A stretch of 52,887 nt of DNA, filler included, from Sphacelaria rigidula (taxonomy: Eukaryota): NCBI GenBank assembly GCA_964200075.2. It is 3 parts of 3 records of this genome, joined end to end, with 100 filler letters (N's around TTAATTAATTAA, not from the genome) between each part and the next. Parts side by side here need not be neighbours in the genome. Positions count along the whole stretch, not along the records: positions 17,665 to 35,228 come from CAXNAA020001043.1; positions 35,329 to 52,887 come from CAXNAA020001044.1; 1 more part is not named here. One strand, written 5' to 3'. The notes beneath the pieces were generated by a model that saw only the letters and a program-made list of their open reading frames with translations, ran no database searches and was not told where the DNA came from. Both the position numbers and the translations under genes were made by a program. Every line of letters starts with the position of its first letter. Position 1 is the first letter of the stretch. Shown piece after piece: positions 24,854 to 38,455 of this stretch.

Positions 24854-27800
24854 ATGGAAGAGCAGGAGCACGATGATGACGTGGTTGTGTTGTCCTCACT
24901 ACCGCCAACACCGCCGTTTTCCACGGGTGCCACCAAGGAAGGCGTGGCCGACGTTACGGCAACGTGTCGAAACGCCTCCAGCGATCGAGATAGCCGCCAT
25001 GAAGCTCGAGAAGCTGGCGACAGTGCTGCTGCTGGCCACGTCAGGCAGCCGATCGCGTTGGTCGGTGACGATCAAGGGACCGAAATGGCCGGAAACCATC
25101 AGCAACCAGTACAGGCGACTGGCGGTGATCATGTGCCGCCGTCAGCCCAATACTTGAGTGGCCGAAACACGCACCAGGATGACCACAGGAACTGGAGCGA
25201 TGATGGTGTGCACGACGATGTGCGCGGGGGAACCTTTGTGCTGGAGGCAGGAGAGGAACGAGATCTCCGCGTGTCGTCGTGTGCGAGCTCTACCTCATCG
25301 GGCGCGGCATCGACTGTCATGGGCTCCATTTGCAGCTCTGGCTCGCAAGAAACCGGCACTTCATTCGGTGGCCCCGACGGCTGTGTTGAGTACTACGGTC
25401 CGCGGGGCAAGGAGGTATGTGCAGGGTTTTTTTCGGAGTGTGTTCCAGCTTTCGGTATGTGTGAGTAATGCGTGTGCGGACGCTGCTCCTTGTACTCTAT
25501 ACTAGGTGCCGAGCTTATAGTGGCAGTGGTGGGCGAGTATAGTCAAGGCACGTACTGCGAATTTTGTTCACGAGTAATACCAGCAGAGTGACAAGCCCAC
25601 GTTGGACTAGGTGGACCTCTGTAGTTCGGTGGAAATGAAGCGTATCTCTGCTCCGCTACGTGTGACTGTTGAGTGAAATGTTAAAATGCTGTGTATCTTG
25701 TACTGCCGTTTTTGACTGTACCGTTTTTTTCTGTTCCCACAGGAAGTGAAGCACCATGCACAACGGCTGCTGCAGTGCAGGCTGCTGTTGCTGGGTCACG
25801 CTGCCGGGTGCTCGGAGGAAGAGGGTCAGTGTCAGCTGTCTCCGCGTTGCGATGCCGTTCGGCAGCTGCTGCTACACATGGCGTCTTGCACACAGAGGTG
25901 AACTCAGTGTAATGGCTGTAGTGTGTTGTACTCTTTTAGCGTTATTCCGGCTATTGCAGTCAGGGTGATGTCGCTGACTCTCGCTTCACGTTCGTGCTCC
26001 GGTACTGGTGTAGATGCCGATAAGTTGTCCCAGCAGCACGGACAGGCGATGATAAGGATGTGGGTGCTAGTTTCGTAGTACGCGCAGCACTGCAAGAGCA
26101 GATGTAGGGCAGCGTCCAGCTTCCGTCGGACGAGTGTTCCGCTAGGGTGCCATCTTTTCCCAACGAACAAGAGGACACGGCCGAAGGTGTTCCGCCCACA
26201 TATACCTGCCGCTTGTAACTTGCTTTGTACAGGTTTTCCCTATTCTACTGTCGAGCGTAATGCTACTGTCTTTTAAAGATGAGTTCATGGTTTCATATTT
26301 CATCGTCGCAAGTGCGACGCACATCTCTCCTTCGCTTAGATCGTGCTCGACGTGCCATTCTCTCTTTCTCTCTCTCCCTGACATCAATGTATGCACCTTG
26401 CTTTTCCTTTGCGGTTGAACCAGGGAGTCCACGTGCGAGTTCCCGCACTGCAGGTCATCTACCACACTCCTGCAACACCAGCAACTGTGCCAAAACCCCG
26501 AGTGCTCCTTGTGCGTGAGCGTCCGTGAGTCGTCGCAGAAGTGCTTCTGGGCCAACGCAAGAGTGAGTCAACAACTAGTAGCAATGTGCAGTAGCAATTT
26601 AGAGTACAAGTGTATAATTAGCTTGCTTTGGTGCAATCAACTCAACGTGCTTGCAGCCAAGGGTCGCTGCTGCTGCCCCAACGTTGAGCTCGCTATGATC
26701 TGTGACCTGCTGCATGCATATAGGTTCACTGTTGTGCGGTAGACATGTTGGTTTGTCTACAATGCTTGAGCAGATCAGCGGCTTCCAGCCGGTAGATACT
26801 TGCCATGTTGAGAATTCATGCTGGTATTTTCGTAGCAGGCCCCGATTTTACCCTTTGGCCGGGCCCCACCAGTGCGTGCTGAACCGTGTCGTTGTTGTTC
26901 TGTTGGCCGATATTGTTCGTTTGGAGCAGCACGCGCACAAGCGAAGGCTGCAAGAGAGCCAAGACCTTCGCAGGAAAAAACGGCAGAGCGAGGGAAAACC
27001 CGTGCCACCTCCCCGTAAAGCACAGGCAAGACCAGTCGTTGAAGAAGCTTGCCAGTAGCACCTGCTTGTGAACATCGGCACGGAGTTGAGTCGTGAAGTC
27101 GCCATGAGTGTGGGTGTGTGGGTAGTGCATGTTGTGCACGAATGTTCTCCTGCATTACTTTTTTGCCCTCCCGCCTGACCTTCGAATCTGTCGTGCACTT
27201 TCAACTCTGAGCAGGGTCGTGAGCAGCCAGAGGGATTCAACATTTGTCGACAGTCGTCTGTTGAGTTGGTTCTGCTTTCAACAATACATACCAGTCTGAG
27301 GAGGCGAGGATTGCCCCCACGTCTTGCCATAGTAGTGACTGGCGCACGAAAATTGTACTCGCTTACCGTACACACAGGTTGCAAAGACTAAGACTCCCCG
27401 AGAGGTGTGCGCTGGCTTAGACGAGGCGGGAAACGACCTGGGCGACATCTCGCTAGGATTCTTCCTCAGACAGGTGATGGTCGCAGTGGAGCTAGAACAG
27501 TATGTACCCGAAGACACGCTCAGTCGAGAGCCCAAAACTTTGTTGTTCGGGCGTATTTAACGCGTTTGGCTCGGTGACAGTAGAGGTGAAAACATGTGGC
27601 GGCGTCAAGACTGAGAAGCGCGTGAAGCTCAGGCACTGAAGAGTGTAATAGTGTTTTCACGAAGTTTTAGCGTGGCTAGGGGTCGCATCAGGAGCATATG
27701 CTTGATAGTAAAACAAGAGTGACTTTGAAACGAGTATGTTTCTTTTTTTGGGGGCACAGTTTCAACCTTGACCCCTCCCCTTTCTCGTGGCAAGTCGTGG

Positions 27801-30800
27801 TCTCCAGGAATTAAGCCGTATCTCCCCCCGTGCAGACCTTGATTGCATTTGGGTCTCGCGGATTGGATCAGTGTGTCCTCACCGTCGTTGGCTCTCGTCA
27901 AACAAACTCCTATGGCCACTCATGTCCCCACGCTTGCAACCGTGGAAACCGGATACTTTGACCCACACGCATCTGTCGGAAATTGATCCGGCGCTCTTCC
28001 CACCCCTATGGAGTCAGTTGTTCCATTCTTATTTAAACCACCGGGGCGCGGCGGAATGTGACGACAGGAGGAAAGAGTGCCCAATGTTCAGGGGAGGTAA
28101 TCCCTATGTACCATGATGACTGAAGCTTTGTTTTTTCGTCACAATTTCACCCCCCCGCGCACCGTTACTCGGACGACTCCGTGGTCTCAGGGAATCGATC
28201 GACCCGTCTCTGCCCCGGTACACCCGTTGCATATTGGTCTCGCGGATTGGATCAGCGGCCCCTCACCGAGTCGACTGTCGTCAAACAAACTGTTACTGCG
28301 CCTCACTCCCTCACGTTTTCCACGATGAAAATCAGATACTGTAATCTCCGAAGAATATCTGCCGGAGATTGAGGAGATGAAACCCACGTCGTTTCCACCC
28401 TCATGGTGTCAGTTGTACACTTGTACCGTCATACTACCGGGGACGGGCAGCGTAGGTGGTCACGTACGGTAAGTCGGAGCGCAAGTGGTGTTGATCTGTG
28501 CTCCGCATCGTGTGCATAATCTATTCAAGGGAATGTTCGGATTTCACCTGCTCTCGTGATTTTCCCTTCGTTTCAACGTTCTGAAGGTTGAAGCAGTCAA
28601 GGATCGCAAGCTGGCAGAAGAGGAGGAACCGACCCCTGACCACGCTGCCGTGCCTGCTGGTGATGGTGATGGTGACTTGAACCATGCATCGGGTACGGTA
28701 CCTATCCAAGCGATTGCTCCCATGGACGTCGAGTACAACAACCAAAGCAACACCTACACCTCTGCGCACATGCAACAACCGTCAACTCATGATGCTCCCG
28801 CTGGCGTTGCAACGGCAACAGCCACGACGGTTACTGCGGAGTCTGCGAACATCACAGCTGGGCCCAGCACGCAGTTGTCGCCATCAACTTCACACGGTGG
28901 GCACGAACAAAGCGTGTGGATCAGTCCCCCTTGCACGAGCAACATCGGTAGTGCCGCTGCTTTCACAAGCCGTCACAGTAGGTCAAGTCCAATGGATGAC
29001 ACTGGCGTTGGAGCGGAGAAATATTCAGAGAGGATGCCGTTTCAAGGAAAGCGCGAGGCTCCCGCACCCGGCACCGGCGCTGGACCGGGCGGTGGTGTTA
29101 CAACAGCGACTTCTTCAGTGGGTCCGCCTGAGATGCTGCTGAATGAAATTGCCGAGTCGCTGAGGGATACGACTCGCAAACCCTCCTTTGCCAAGATCCA
29201 GAGCGTGCAGGTGTGTGAAGTAGCTACGATTTTTTGGGGAGGTCTGCCTCGTGATTACCTGTTGGGCCAGCCTGAAAACGTTTTTCTAAGGTATCCTAGC
29301 CGTATCTCATGGACGCAGAGAAGTTGATCCGTGGCTCGCATATCTGGTTGATCGTGAAGTCAAGTGGCAGATGCCCATCTATTCAACAGCCCGGTCAAAT
29401 GGTTTCTCGTTGACGAAGCACCATGTCGAGTAAATCCCATGACGGATGTTGATCAAGCCAATAACCGCTGAGCTACTCAAATGGCCAAAAAAATGTGTCA
29501 CGGCTGAGAATCGACCTCCGGAAATTAGCTTTTGTTGATGAAGCCAACAACCACTGAGCTTCGCTGATTTGAGTAGCTCAGTGGTCATTGGCTCTCCCAA
29601 CAATAAGTCCATACTATAGTCTAAACGTAACCACGTAAAAAAAAAAAATACAGCGGATAATGATTTTTGGTGTGAATATTCCTTGGGGCACGGGGAAACG
29701 ATCGAAACCCTCATCTTCACCTGATTTGTCATCTGTCGAGATATATGGCGCATATAAAATTCCATACTGCTGAAATGCGCTGCGAAACATCAAAAAGCTA
29801 CCAACACATTTTCCCGCACGACAACTGACGGGAAAAGCTCGACCGCATACACAAATGAGGGGTCGAACGCCGGAGACTCCTCAAAACGTCCCTGTGCCCC
29901 CCAAGATGAGATGGGACCATCGACTGGTCTCAACCTCCGTCCGTCTCCTCGGACGGCGTGCACCCAACCGCCGAGCAAAACAGAGAAGTAGGTACAGTTG
30001 AGTGCGCTTCGCCCGGAAAATCCGCACGTCCGATCGGCGTTGGAGAGCAATTGTATCGCAGGCCATTGTCGCTTAGCTCCCAAATGCCACCAAATCCAAC
30101 GCACTCGTGCATGTGAACGACATGACATCGACCTTTTCCAACGCCCTCCGATAGATGGCCGCGGATACACTCCCTCGCCGCCCGAAGAACCTTCCATCTA
30201 AAGGTTTCAGTGAGTCACCACATGCTCAGGATCGCCTCTAGAAGCGTGGAATACCAGGGAGCGTTCATAGAGAAACTACGCACCAGCCCCGAAGACCCTG
30301 ACCTGAAAAAGGGGCTGAAAGTGACGGACAAGGCGTTCAAGCAGATGAACGATGATGGCCTGCAGAACTTCTTTCACGAGCTTGCCATCAAGACAGCGGA
30401 GTTTGTAGCAGGAAGGACCGAGGGGCTGTACCGGCACGCCACATCCTTGGAATTGGAAGGGTAAAAGTGGTCCCGGCCGGCCTACATCAGGAGGGCGACT
30501 GGCTAGTCGTTGCGGGTCAAGCAATCTATGCTATAACGGTGGATGGAGTGGTTCGAAACGCTTCTGAATGCAACCTCGCCTACACTCAACGGCGCTGTCA
30601 TCAATCTCATCGAGCAGACGCCATCGCACGCACCACTCGCGGCCGAGCCCTCGATTGAAGGAGTGAAAAAAGCAGTGGGCGATTGGTGAACGGCAAGTCC
30701 ATTAGGATTGAAAGATCTGTAGCGAACTATTGACGTTTGATTGCACCGAGGACTGTCATCCTAAAGTACCTCCACGACGTCGTGCTCACAGTGTGGCGTC

Positions 30801-32988
30801 GGGAAGTAGGTACTCCCGGAACAGAAATACACTGTCATCAAGGCGCTTCTCTAAGAAACAGGACTCACACGAATATGGCAACTACAGCGGTATTTCGCTA
30901 GTGTCTCACGCGGGCGAGGTGGTTCTCAACGTGGTCGCAACTTGCCTCAGCGCCCATTCCCACCGCGAGTAGAAGGGAATCCTCCAGCTCAATGTGGCTT
31001 CCGACCCGGCCGGTATACAGTCGACATGATACGTTGTGCGCAGACTTGAGACTTCAAAATTGACCAGCGGGAAGAATCGTGCGTTGTGCATGCGCTCCGT
31101 CGACCTCCAAAAGGCGTACGACTCAGTCGATTGCTCCTCTGTGGACGGTGCTAGCACGATACGGCATCCCCGCCAACATGATATCCATTATCCACCAGTT
31201 CCACGACCGCATGCGAGCATGCGTAATGCCTCGACAGCGGTGGTACGTCTAAGTGGTTTGACGTTCACCAGAGTATGCGCTTAGGTGTGTGCTTTCCTCC
31301 GGTTTTTTCAACATCTTTTTCGCGCCGGTGGTGGCGGTGACGCTCGACTGCCTCTGGACCAATAAAGCGGTGGCGAAGGACCTCATCCGCATAATAGCCC
31401 AAAGGGGCGGGGAGACCAGGGACGAGCCCAGCATAGTGCTCTGGGCCATGGGATGAGGCGACGACACTGACGTTGTCTCGCGATCTCGAGTGAGCCTGGC
31501 GAAGATGAAGGTCGTCGTCGAAGTCATTGCGTCGTTCGGTTTCGTCTTGGCGGAAAAGAAAACGGCCACAATGATCATGCGCTACTCGAACATGAAGGCT
31601 GACGTGGTCGACGTGGAGGCGGCGGGCGACTCATAGCACACCTAGTCTGGATTTGACAGCTCACTTTGAACCTTGTTTCCATGATATAATCTCAACATAT
31701 CGGCGTATCTTTTTTGTCATGCCCTCGCGATTCTTGGTATTAACGGTTGGAGCACGACTCTCAGAACTGAGGTACTGAAATGCAAACAATTTCCGTCTCC
31801 GTTCCTAGGCTGACCCAGCCTGTTCATCTGGATGGAGGTGCCCGCGTTTGAAGGTTTTGCTTTGAAATGTGATGTGCAGAATCGCAGGAGCATGGTGTAC
31901 AAGAGTTACACCAAGATATTTACATTTTTTTCATGAGTTGAGGGCGTTCTTGTGAAGAATAGATATTGCTTTTCCCCCTCAACTCAAGAAATGGACATCG
32001 ACATTTCTTGATATCGTGTTTTTTTGTTGCGTATGCTCTTGTAATACTCCGTACCAGTTTTTCAAAGCACAACCCCCAATACCGAGCATCTCGATCGCCT
32101 GCACCGCTCAAATTTGTTTTCTTGACTGCCCCAGCTCGTAATACAATGGTTGCCAATCTAGAGGTCGAAGCTGCTACCCATCTTGAGAAACGTTTTCGGA
32201 ACGAACACATGGACACATACATATGATTCTTAGCTGAGTGCACGACGTTTTGACATCCCTACACACAGACTCGCCGTCTCACACAAACTCAACCGTGATT
32301 TCACCAACCTTTCGCAGAGAATATCGAAAGCGTACCGCACTCGTTGTCCAACCCTTGTTACAGGAGAAAACCTAGCTACTCTAGGTATGAGGGAGAAGGT
32401 TGAAAATCACTCTCGAGGACGAGGGTGTATCCATGATCTCTCATGCCGTCGGTAATAGGAGCTGTGTGATTCACCTCGAGAAAAAGCAATTCGGGAGGCA
32501 TTGGTGAGCCATGCATTGGAGCTCCAGCTACATCGAATTATCCACTCTGTTGATCATACTTGATATGCTCGGGTTTTAGACCCATGAGCTATTCTTATCT
32601 ATGGGAAAGGTAAAATAGAACCAGCGCACGCAAGACTTGTTGAATCTGTGTTTCCACGAAATATTAGTAGAAAATCTGTTTGTGAACCTCTACAACCGGT
32701 ATTACGTCGATTGTGCTATCATTCCAATTGGTTAAGGTAAACGTCAAGTTATTGTTGATGATGGCAAAACAAGTAAAATTGGATTGCTTGATTCGTTGGG
32801 CACTATTCATTATTCTCGCGTGTTTTGCTTCCAATTGCTTGCGCTAGGCATTCCTGAACGACCATTCGGACCTGAAGGAAAGCCCCAGCTTCGGCGATGT
32901 GTGGACGCTCATGGGTCAGTGGGCCAACCTTGAAGATGGGGTTGGGGACGATGATTACCTTCTACTCTCGAGTGCGCTTAGCTTCTGA
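24854..32988 (+). CDS. TAZ zinc-finger domain protein (~571 aa). Exons 24854-25414, 25743-25897, 26424-26562, 26930-27025, 28587-29210, 32848-32988
   Basis: Spliced exons 2 and 3 give [69 protein letters not shown], three H-x3-C..C..C units as in zf-TAZ. All exon phases close (1716 nt). Intron 4 uses a CAG|GCAAG donor. The last exon reads [25 protein letters not shown]...LSF*. The start codon and exon 4 are less certain. Confidence 0.8.
27790..28420. repeat. Diverged ~240-bp direct repeat (two copies) in intron 4 of the TAZ gene
   Basis: Shared blocks GTGGTCTC.AGGAAT, TTGCAT.T.GGTCTCGCGGATTGGATCAG, CCTCACCG and CGTCAAACAAACT at ~27795-28025 and ~28180-28415. Confidence 0.7.
30200..31630 (+). 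mobile_element. Degenerate RTE-like LINE reverse transcriptase relic in intron 5 of the TAZ gene
   Basis: RT motifs appear in order across frameshifts: [76 protein letters not shown], a decayed YADD-like site (LWAMG*GDD) and [11 protein letters not shown]. Confidence 0.85.
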
Positions 32989-34244
32989 CGGCTTTGTTGG
33001 TCGAAGCGAAGGGGTTCTGCGCTGTACTTCGGGACCAAGTTAGGTCCCAGCGGTGCTGCTCCTGTCAGGCTGCGGAGATGGCGTAGGATGGAAAATTGAC
33101 TCGACGTCCGAGTCGGGTGGATGACGATGACGATGACGTTTAGATGTTCAACGAATCTGTTCAATGTTTTATGTTGATGGTTTAACATGGTGCCGCATGC
33201 TGGGTGGCTCTATTGGTTCAGAGTAGATGGGTTCTAAAGGAGTAGGTGTCTTTTCGGGTCACAATGGGTCATGGATAGGTTGCATGCAGTATGTTGTGCG
33301 CGTCCTTCATTTTGTCTGACGTGCGGTCAGTTCGGGATAAGTCAGGGCGGGTGTGTCGCCGAAAATTTCGGCGGAGGCGGAGCTACGGTGATGGCTAGTG
33401 TTTTGCTGTTCTGTGCGCTGTGTGGTGTGTGGTGTGTTATATGTCGTGTTGTGACTTGGCTTTTGGCTCGCAGCTATTTGGTTTTGTCTCATGAAGTTGT
33501 TGCTACACTCGATACTTTTTCTGTTGTCAAAGTTGGCCGCAATGTGATGAATCCTGTCCTTTTCTGTTCCCGCTAGAAAATGGTTGCAAGGTTACAAGCG
33601 TGCGGGAGAGGGAATAGCACGCGAATTCCGTTGTAGGATTTCCGCAGAAACATGGGCTGGTGAGGCAGTAGATGTTCGTTTGAGTGAGGTGTGTTTGGCA
33701 TGTTGCACGGTTTGGCGAACTTTCTCGAGGGCGCGACCTACATTCTGCGTCTGCGCGCGGTCCTTTGTCGATCTCGTTTGCTGAGACATTTGGTGAGCAT
33801 GGGAGCCAAGTCGACGAGGAGACGAAAATATGTGAGCAATTGTAACGTTTTCTGTTGTGATGTCATGTGACATTGTGTTGCTTTGTCGTAGTTGCATATT
33901 CGTCAGCATTGAACATTACGGGCACTAGAACGATGTTCGTACTGTCTGTTGGGCTCTTCAAGCGAACACGGTCATGAATCAGTGGCGTCGACGACAAACA
34001 GGGACAGCCTCCAGCTGTCCTGCCACGATGCGGCGTAACGGCGCGGCGATGGGGCGGGCGGGGTATGTTTGATATTTCATGTGTCAGACGTTTGAGTTGG
34101 TTGTCGTTTCGGTGTTCATTCGCGTGACTGTGGCTATTCCATAAAAATCGGAGCATGCTATTCCGGGGTGTTTTTTTTTTCCCAACTTTGACGGAAACGT
34201 CCGGCAGCCGAGCGGCCGAAAGTTGCGGCATTGCAAATTGCAAA

Positions 34245-34431
34245 TTATCTCGCCGAGCTTCTTCCCGAGGCGGAGTAGACCCACCCGGGAGTGGAGGATC
34301 TTGCTTGTCGAGGAGACCAAGTCGAGTTTGGAGAAACCACCGCCTGCAGCTGTCGTACTCCGCCGCCTTTCGGAATGATGACCGGTAGGCTAGGATGCGT
34401 GGTGGGCACCGCGTTCAGGTTGATGGTGCGC
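34245..34431 (-). CDS. Candidate 3'-terminal exon of a convergent gene whose upstream exons lie beyond the contig end
   Basis: GC-rich open frame RTINLNAVPTTHPSLPVIIPKGGGVRQLQAVVSPNSTWSPRQ...SSAR* preceded by a CAG acceptor and an ACTGAT branch-like motif. No recognisable domain. Confidence 0.3.
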
Positions 34432-35228
34432 CTGGTGGCGGCACGCACGCGTTTGTTGTGCATAGACGTATCAGTGTTTTTCATTGTGACGGTCGCGATT
34501 TGATGTGTGGGCCGATTTTTTTTTTCGTTTCATCATTCTTTTCCCCCAAAGCATCATGCATAGTTGAAAATAATGTTTTCCTCTTTTTTGTTTCTCTTCA
34601 AATCATGCAATGCTGAAAATGGCGAGGATATTACATGTGGATGATGGTTAATGAGAAATTAATGTTCGGACAAAGAGACTGATCACTGTTTTATAGACAC
34701 GGAACACTCCTTGAGGGTTTGTTGTACGGTTCGACCGGCGACGTCACCTTGATATAATTTGTCGAGGGAAAATATAGAAGTGGTTTGGACGAGGGGGTAT
34801 CTGTTGTTGTGAGTATTGACTACACTACACAAAATGACTTAGAACTGTTAGTTGGGTTTGGAATATTTATCACAAAACACATGAAATAGAGCTCTGTGAA
34901 ACATGGTGTGCATAATAGAGACCAGTGCATGTCGCGGTGCATGGGCACGACGCGTTTTTCATTTTGCTGGCACACATGTGACTGGATACATCGATAATTC
35001 ATGCATCGGATACTTGGACTTGCAATCCATTTAGCGTACAGAGGTAAAATGGGGCAATGGACACAAAATAAAATAATGTAGGGATTTGGCGTGTACGAGT
35101 AAATGAACGCGTGATGACTCACTCAGACATTCTTGGGGGGGGGGGGGGGGGGGGGGGGAGGAGTTACAAGACAAGGAGCAGAAACAAGGACAAAGGAATG
35201 AGAAAAAGCAAAAGAAAAGAGTGGGAGA

Positions 35229-35328
35229 NNNNNNNNNNNNNNNNNNNNNNNNNNNNNNNNNNNNNNNNNNNNTTAATTAATTAANNNNNNNNNNNNNNNN
35301 NNNNNNNNNNNNNNNNNNNNNNNNNNNN
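35229..35328. other. Artificial contig linker or gap (N44-TTAATTAATTAA-N44)
   Basis: Same 100-nt structure as at 17565. Confidence 0.97.
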
Positions 35329-37894
35329 TACCCATCCAAAATGGGGTCCCCCCCCCTACCCCCCCCACCCGTCGCCCAGAATGAGATTTTCGGGAATTTG
35401 GGGCGGTGAATAGCGTATTCCAGTCTGTACGGCCCCTTGGTCCATGCAATGCGTTTCCGGATCTGAGATCCCCCGATCTGCGTACAGATCCGTTTTTTCG
35501 ACAGCCATACAAACTGGTCCAATATATTGATTTTAGTATGGAAACTTATGTGCGCCATATCTCGGGATAGATGAGGAATGAGGTAAAGATGAGGGTATGT
35601 ATCGTCTCCCCTTGCTGCAGAGAATGTCCACACCAAAATTCGTCGTCATCCGCTGAATGCGTCGATCGAGGGTTTCATATAAATTTTAGTATGGACGACC
35701 ATTTCCGTTAGGTATAGGAATTGCTAGACATGGGGTTTAGTCAACGAGAAAATATGGACCCAAACTTATGAGCAGATGAGCACCTTCTCCTTGGGTAGAC
35801 GATTAATACGACATACGGATCATGGCCCAACTCGTGTGTGTCGATGAGATATTGCTTCAAGAGCTTAAATCCGGTTTTAGGCTGGCCCAGCTCGTACCAA
35901 GAACCCTTTGCTGCTCCTGACCGCGGGCTAGATTGTTGCAATCAGCTAATGTGAGATAATCGGTCAATCAGTCAATCAACCCAACAGACGATAAATATTC
36001 CGCGCCCAACGAAAACTAGCCGCCTGCTCTATTCTTCTCCGCCACAAGGTCCCTTTCGAAGTTGAGCGCTCCCATCTGTCCTCACCAGCATCCATTGACA
36101 AACCAACCGCCCATCCTCTCCGGTGTCCATGATCCCCAAACAGTGCCCCCTCTGCTTCATTTCGAGATAAAACCCTTCCTCCTTCGTTACGCACTCTGGT
36201 TCTGGTCTGTCGAAAGTTTCTCGTCCAGGAGGCTCAACCAGACCTAAACCGTCCGTTGACGACCGCTCCTCCTTCATCCTCGTCGCCGAAACCAGTCAAC
36301 ACACCAGCCCACGCTCCTTTTGTATTAAGGGTGTGCGTTCCAGCTTTCCACAGCGGTGTCAACTGCCTCCACACACACACCGAATCCCAACATGCCCGCA
36401 CTCAGGGTGCTGACATATTATACTGCTGCATTGGAACTGGGGTATGCCTAATGAGCACCGCGCTGACCCAACTCTACCACCACACCATGGCCTTGGCCAA
36501 CGGTGATAGTGAGAAGGAATTACTCGCTGAAGGTGATTCGGGTCCTACACCCGCCGAAAAGACCCTCCCCACGTCGTAACGACGAGACAGGTCATGGCCT
36601 TCGTTGGAGGACGGGGAACGGAGACAAGGAATATTATTCGTGTGCCCGGAAAAACGCCGGCATAAGATTGATCTGGGATGTAACAATCAGCATAAAATAG
36701 GGTCAACCACTGTACTATATTGTGGAAGGCATTTGATGATGACAGAATTTCGAACCTTGTCCGTAAACTAACCTGTAATTTATTCGCGTGTTCGAAATTT
36801 CGAAATTCGGATGTTTATCGTCAGCGCTTCATTCATCGTTCTCAAGATTTTTTTTTGTGATATCTCCGGTGAACACAAGTAACGGCACGCAATAGATTAT
36901 CCGTCACAAAAATAGCTTGCGCGGAGGAGGCGAGACGCTGGTCGTTTGGTATCAGCTTGGTTGGCAGATACTTCCTGTGAAAGCTTCACCTTTACCCATG
37001 TTTCCCAGTATATGCATACGAGACATGGAAAAACAGGTCATCCCCTCTGCTGTCAACATTTATTGTATATCAGGGGCGACCATGCCTCTCCCCTTTTCCC
37101 TCCCGCTGCGGAGTGACTATGCTCCTATTATTACTCATCTGCGGCCTTCGTTTGATGATCTCCTACATTTCCGCCCAAGCCTTCCAAAGATTCCGTTTTT
37201 GAATTCATATACAAATCGTATCTGCGGGCAAATAATTGATGTACAAGAGAACACGACAAAACATTTTACACTCCCATGCATTATTTTCCTCCAAGAGCGT
37301 TGAGTTGTCACCGGCTCGCTGCTCTTGCTCGAAAGACCGTGAAGTGTAATCGTAATTTCTGTGCGCATCTACGAATCCATCTCAGCAAACGCTTCACGCT
37401 GCAATCATTGCAACATCGCAGTGCCATAAAGGAGAAAAGTCTTGACCTCTGGCGACGCGACACTAACCGTAAATATTTTAGGATTTCAAAGTCCACTAAG
37501 GTCTCGGCATTTGCGGACAAACAACCATCATGTCCGGAGCCTCTCACGTATTGCATGGAACTTTCGAATTTGCGTTGTTTTCCCCCCGACAACTAACTTC
37601 TCTGCTCACTAGATTCACGGTTGAACGAAGATTGCTAGTGTCTAAGCCTGAGTTTTCCCCTGAGCGAAATCCCACCCAACGCAGGCCGAGAGAACCTCCG
37701 GCTGAAAGGGTACATATATCCAGCCAGCCTCCTGCAAAAGTATCACACCTTGGACAATAAATGATCAACAGATGCAATAGACAAGAAACGTACTGCATAA
37801 AGTACAGGACCATTGCGATTATTGTCGGCCGGCAATTGTTGCTATAGGCCTATACTTTATGCAGTACACTTCTCGCCTATTGCGTCCATTGACC

Positions 37895-37895
<1 letters not shown>

Positions 37896-37920
<25 letters not shown>
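37896..37920. repeat. (TA)n microsatellite upstream of the DUF2064-like gene
   Basis: About 12 AT/TA units. Confidence 0.9.
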
Positions 37921-37925
<5 letters not shown>

Positions 37926-38455
37926 CCAGGGTGTGAAAAGTAGACATAACAAAGTCAAAACGCGAAGCACGCTGGGCGCCCTTGGGACTTTTATATCTAC
38001 TACTGGACCCCCTTGAAGATTCGAATATGACCACCAAATCTACATTTGATAAAACCAGGAAGTTTTACCCATGGATTTCCGAAGCCAATCTAGGAGCATC
38101 TGGTAAAGTTTGACCTACAATAAGCAACCATTGCTTGTTCTTATTTTTTCACCTAACATGCTTTGAATAATTGTCATGCGTCAGATGAGGCCTTGCTCCA
38201 CGAAAAAATTGCCCCAAGAAACATCAGAATTCACGCTCTTACAACTGCATGTGTTTGGACTCGACCCACCAGGTGCAAAGCCCTAGCAGCATACCACTCG
38301 ACAGCCACTACCACGACGCCTCAGCCGCAACAACAAAGCACACGGCGCGCTTACTCCCAGTAATATCTCCTCCTCTTTCTTTGAAGGCGTCATCTCGGCA
38401 GCCCCCCATGCCCTGCTTAATTGTCGAGCAAACCCCAGCGCCGGTGTCGTTCAGC

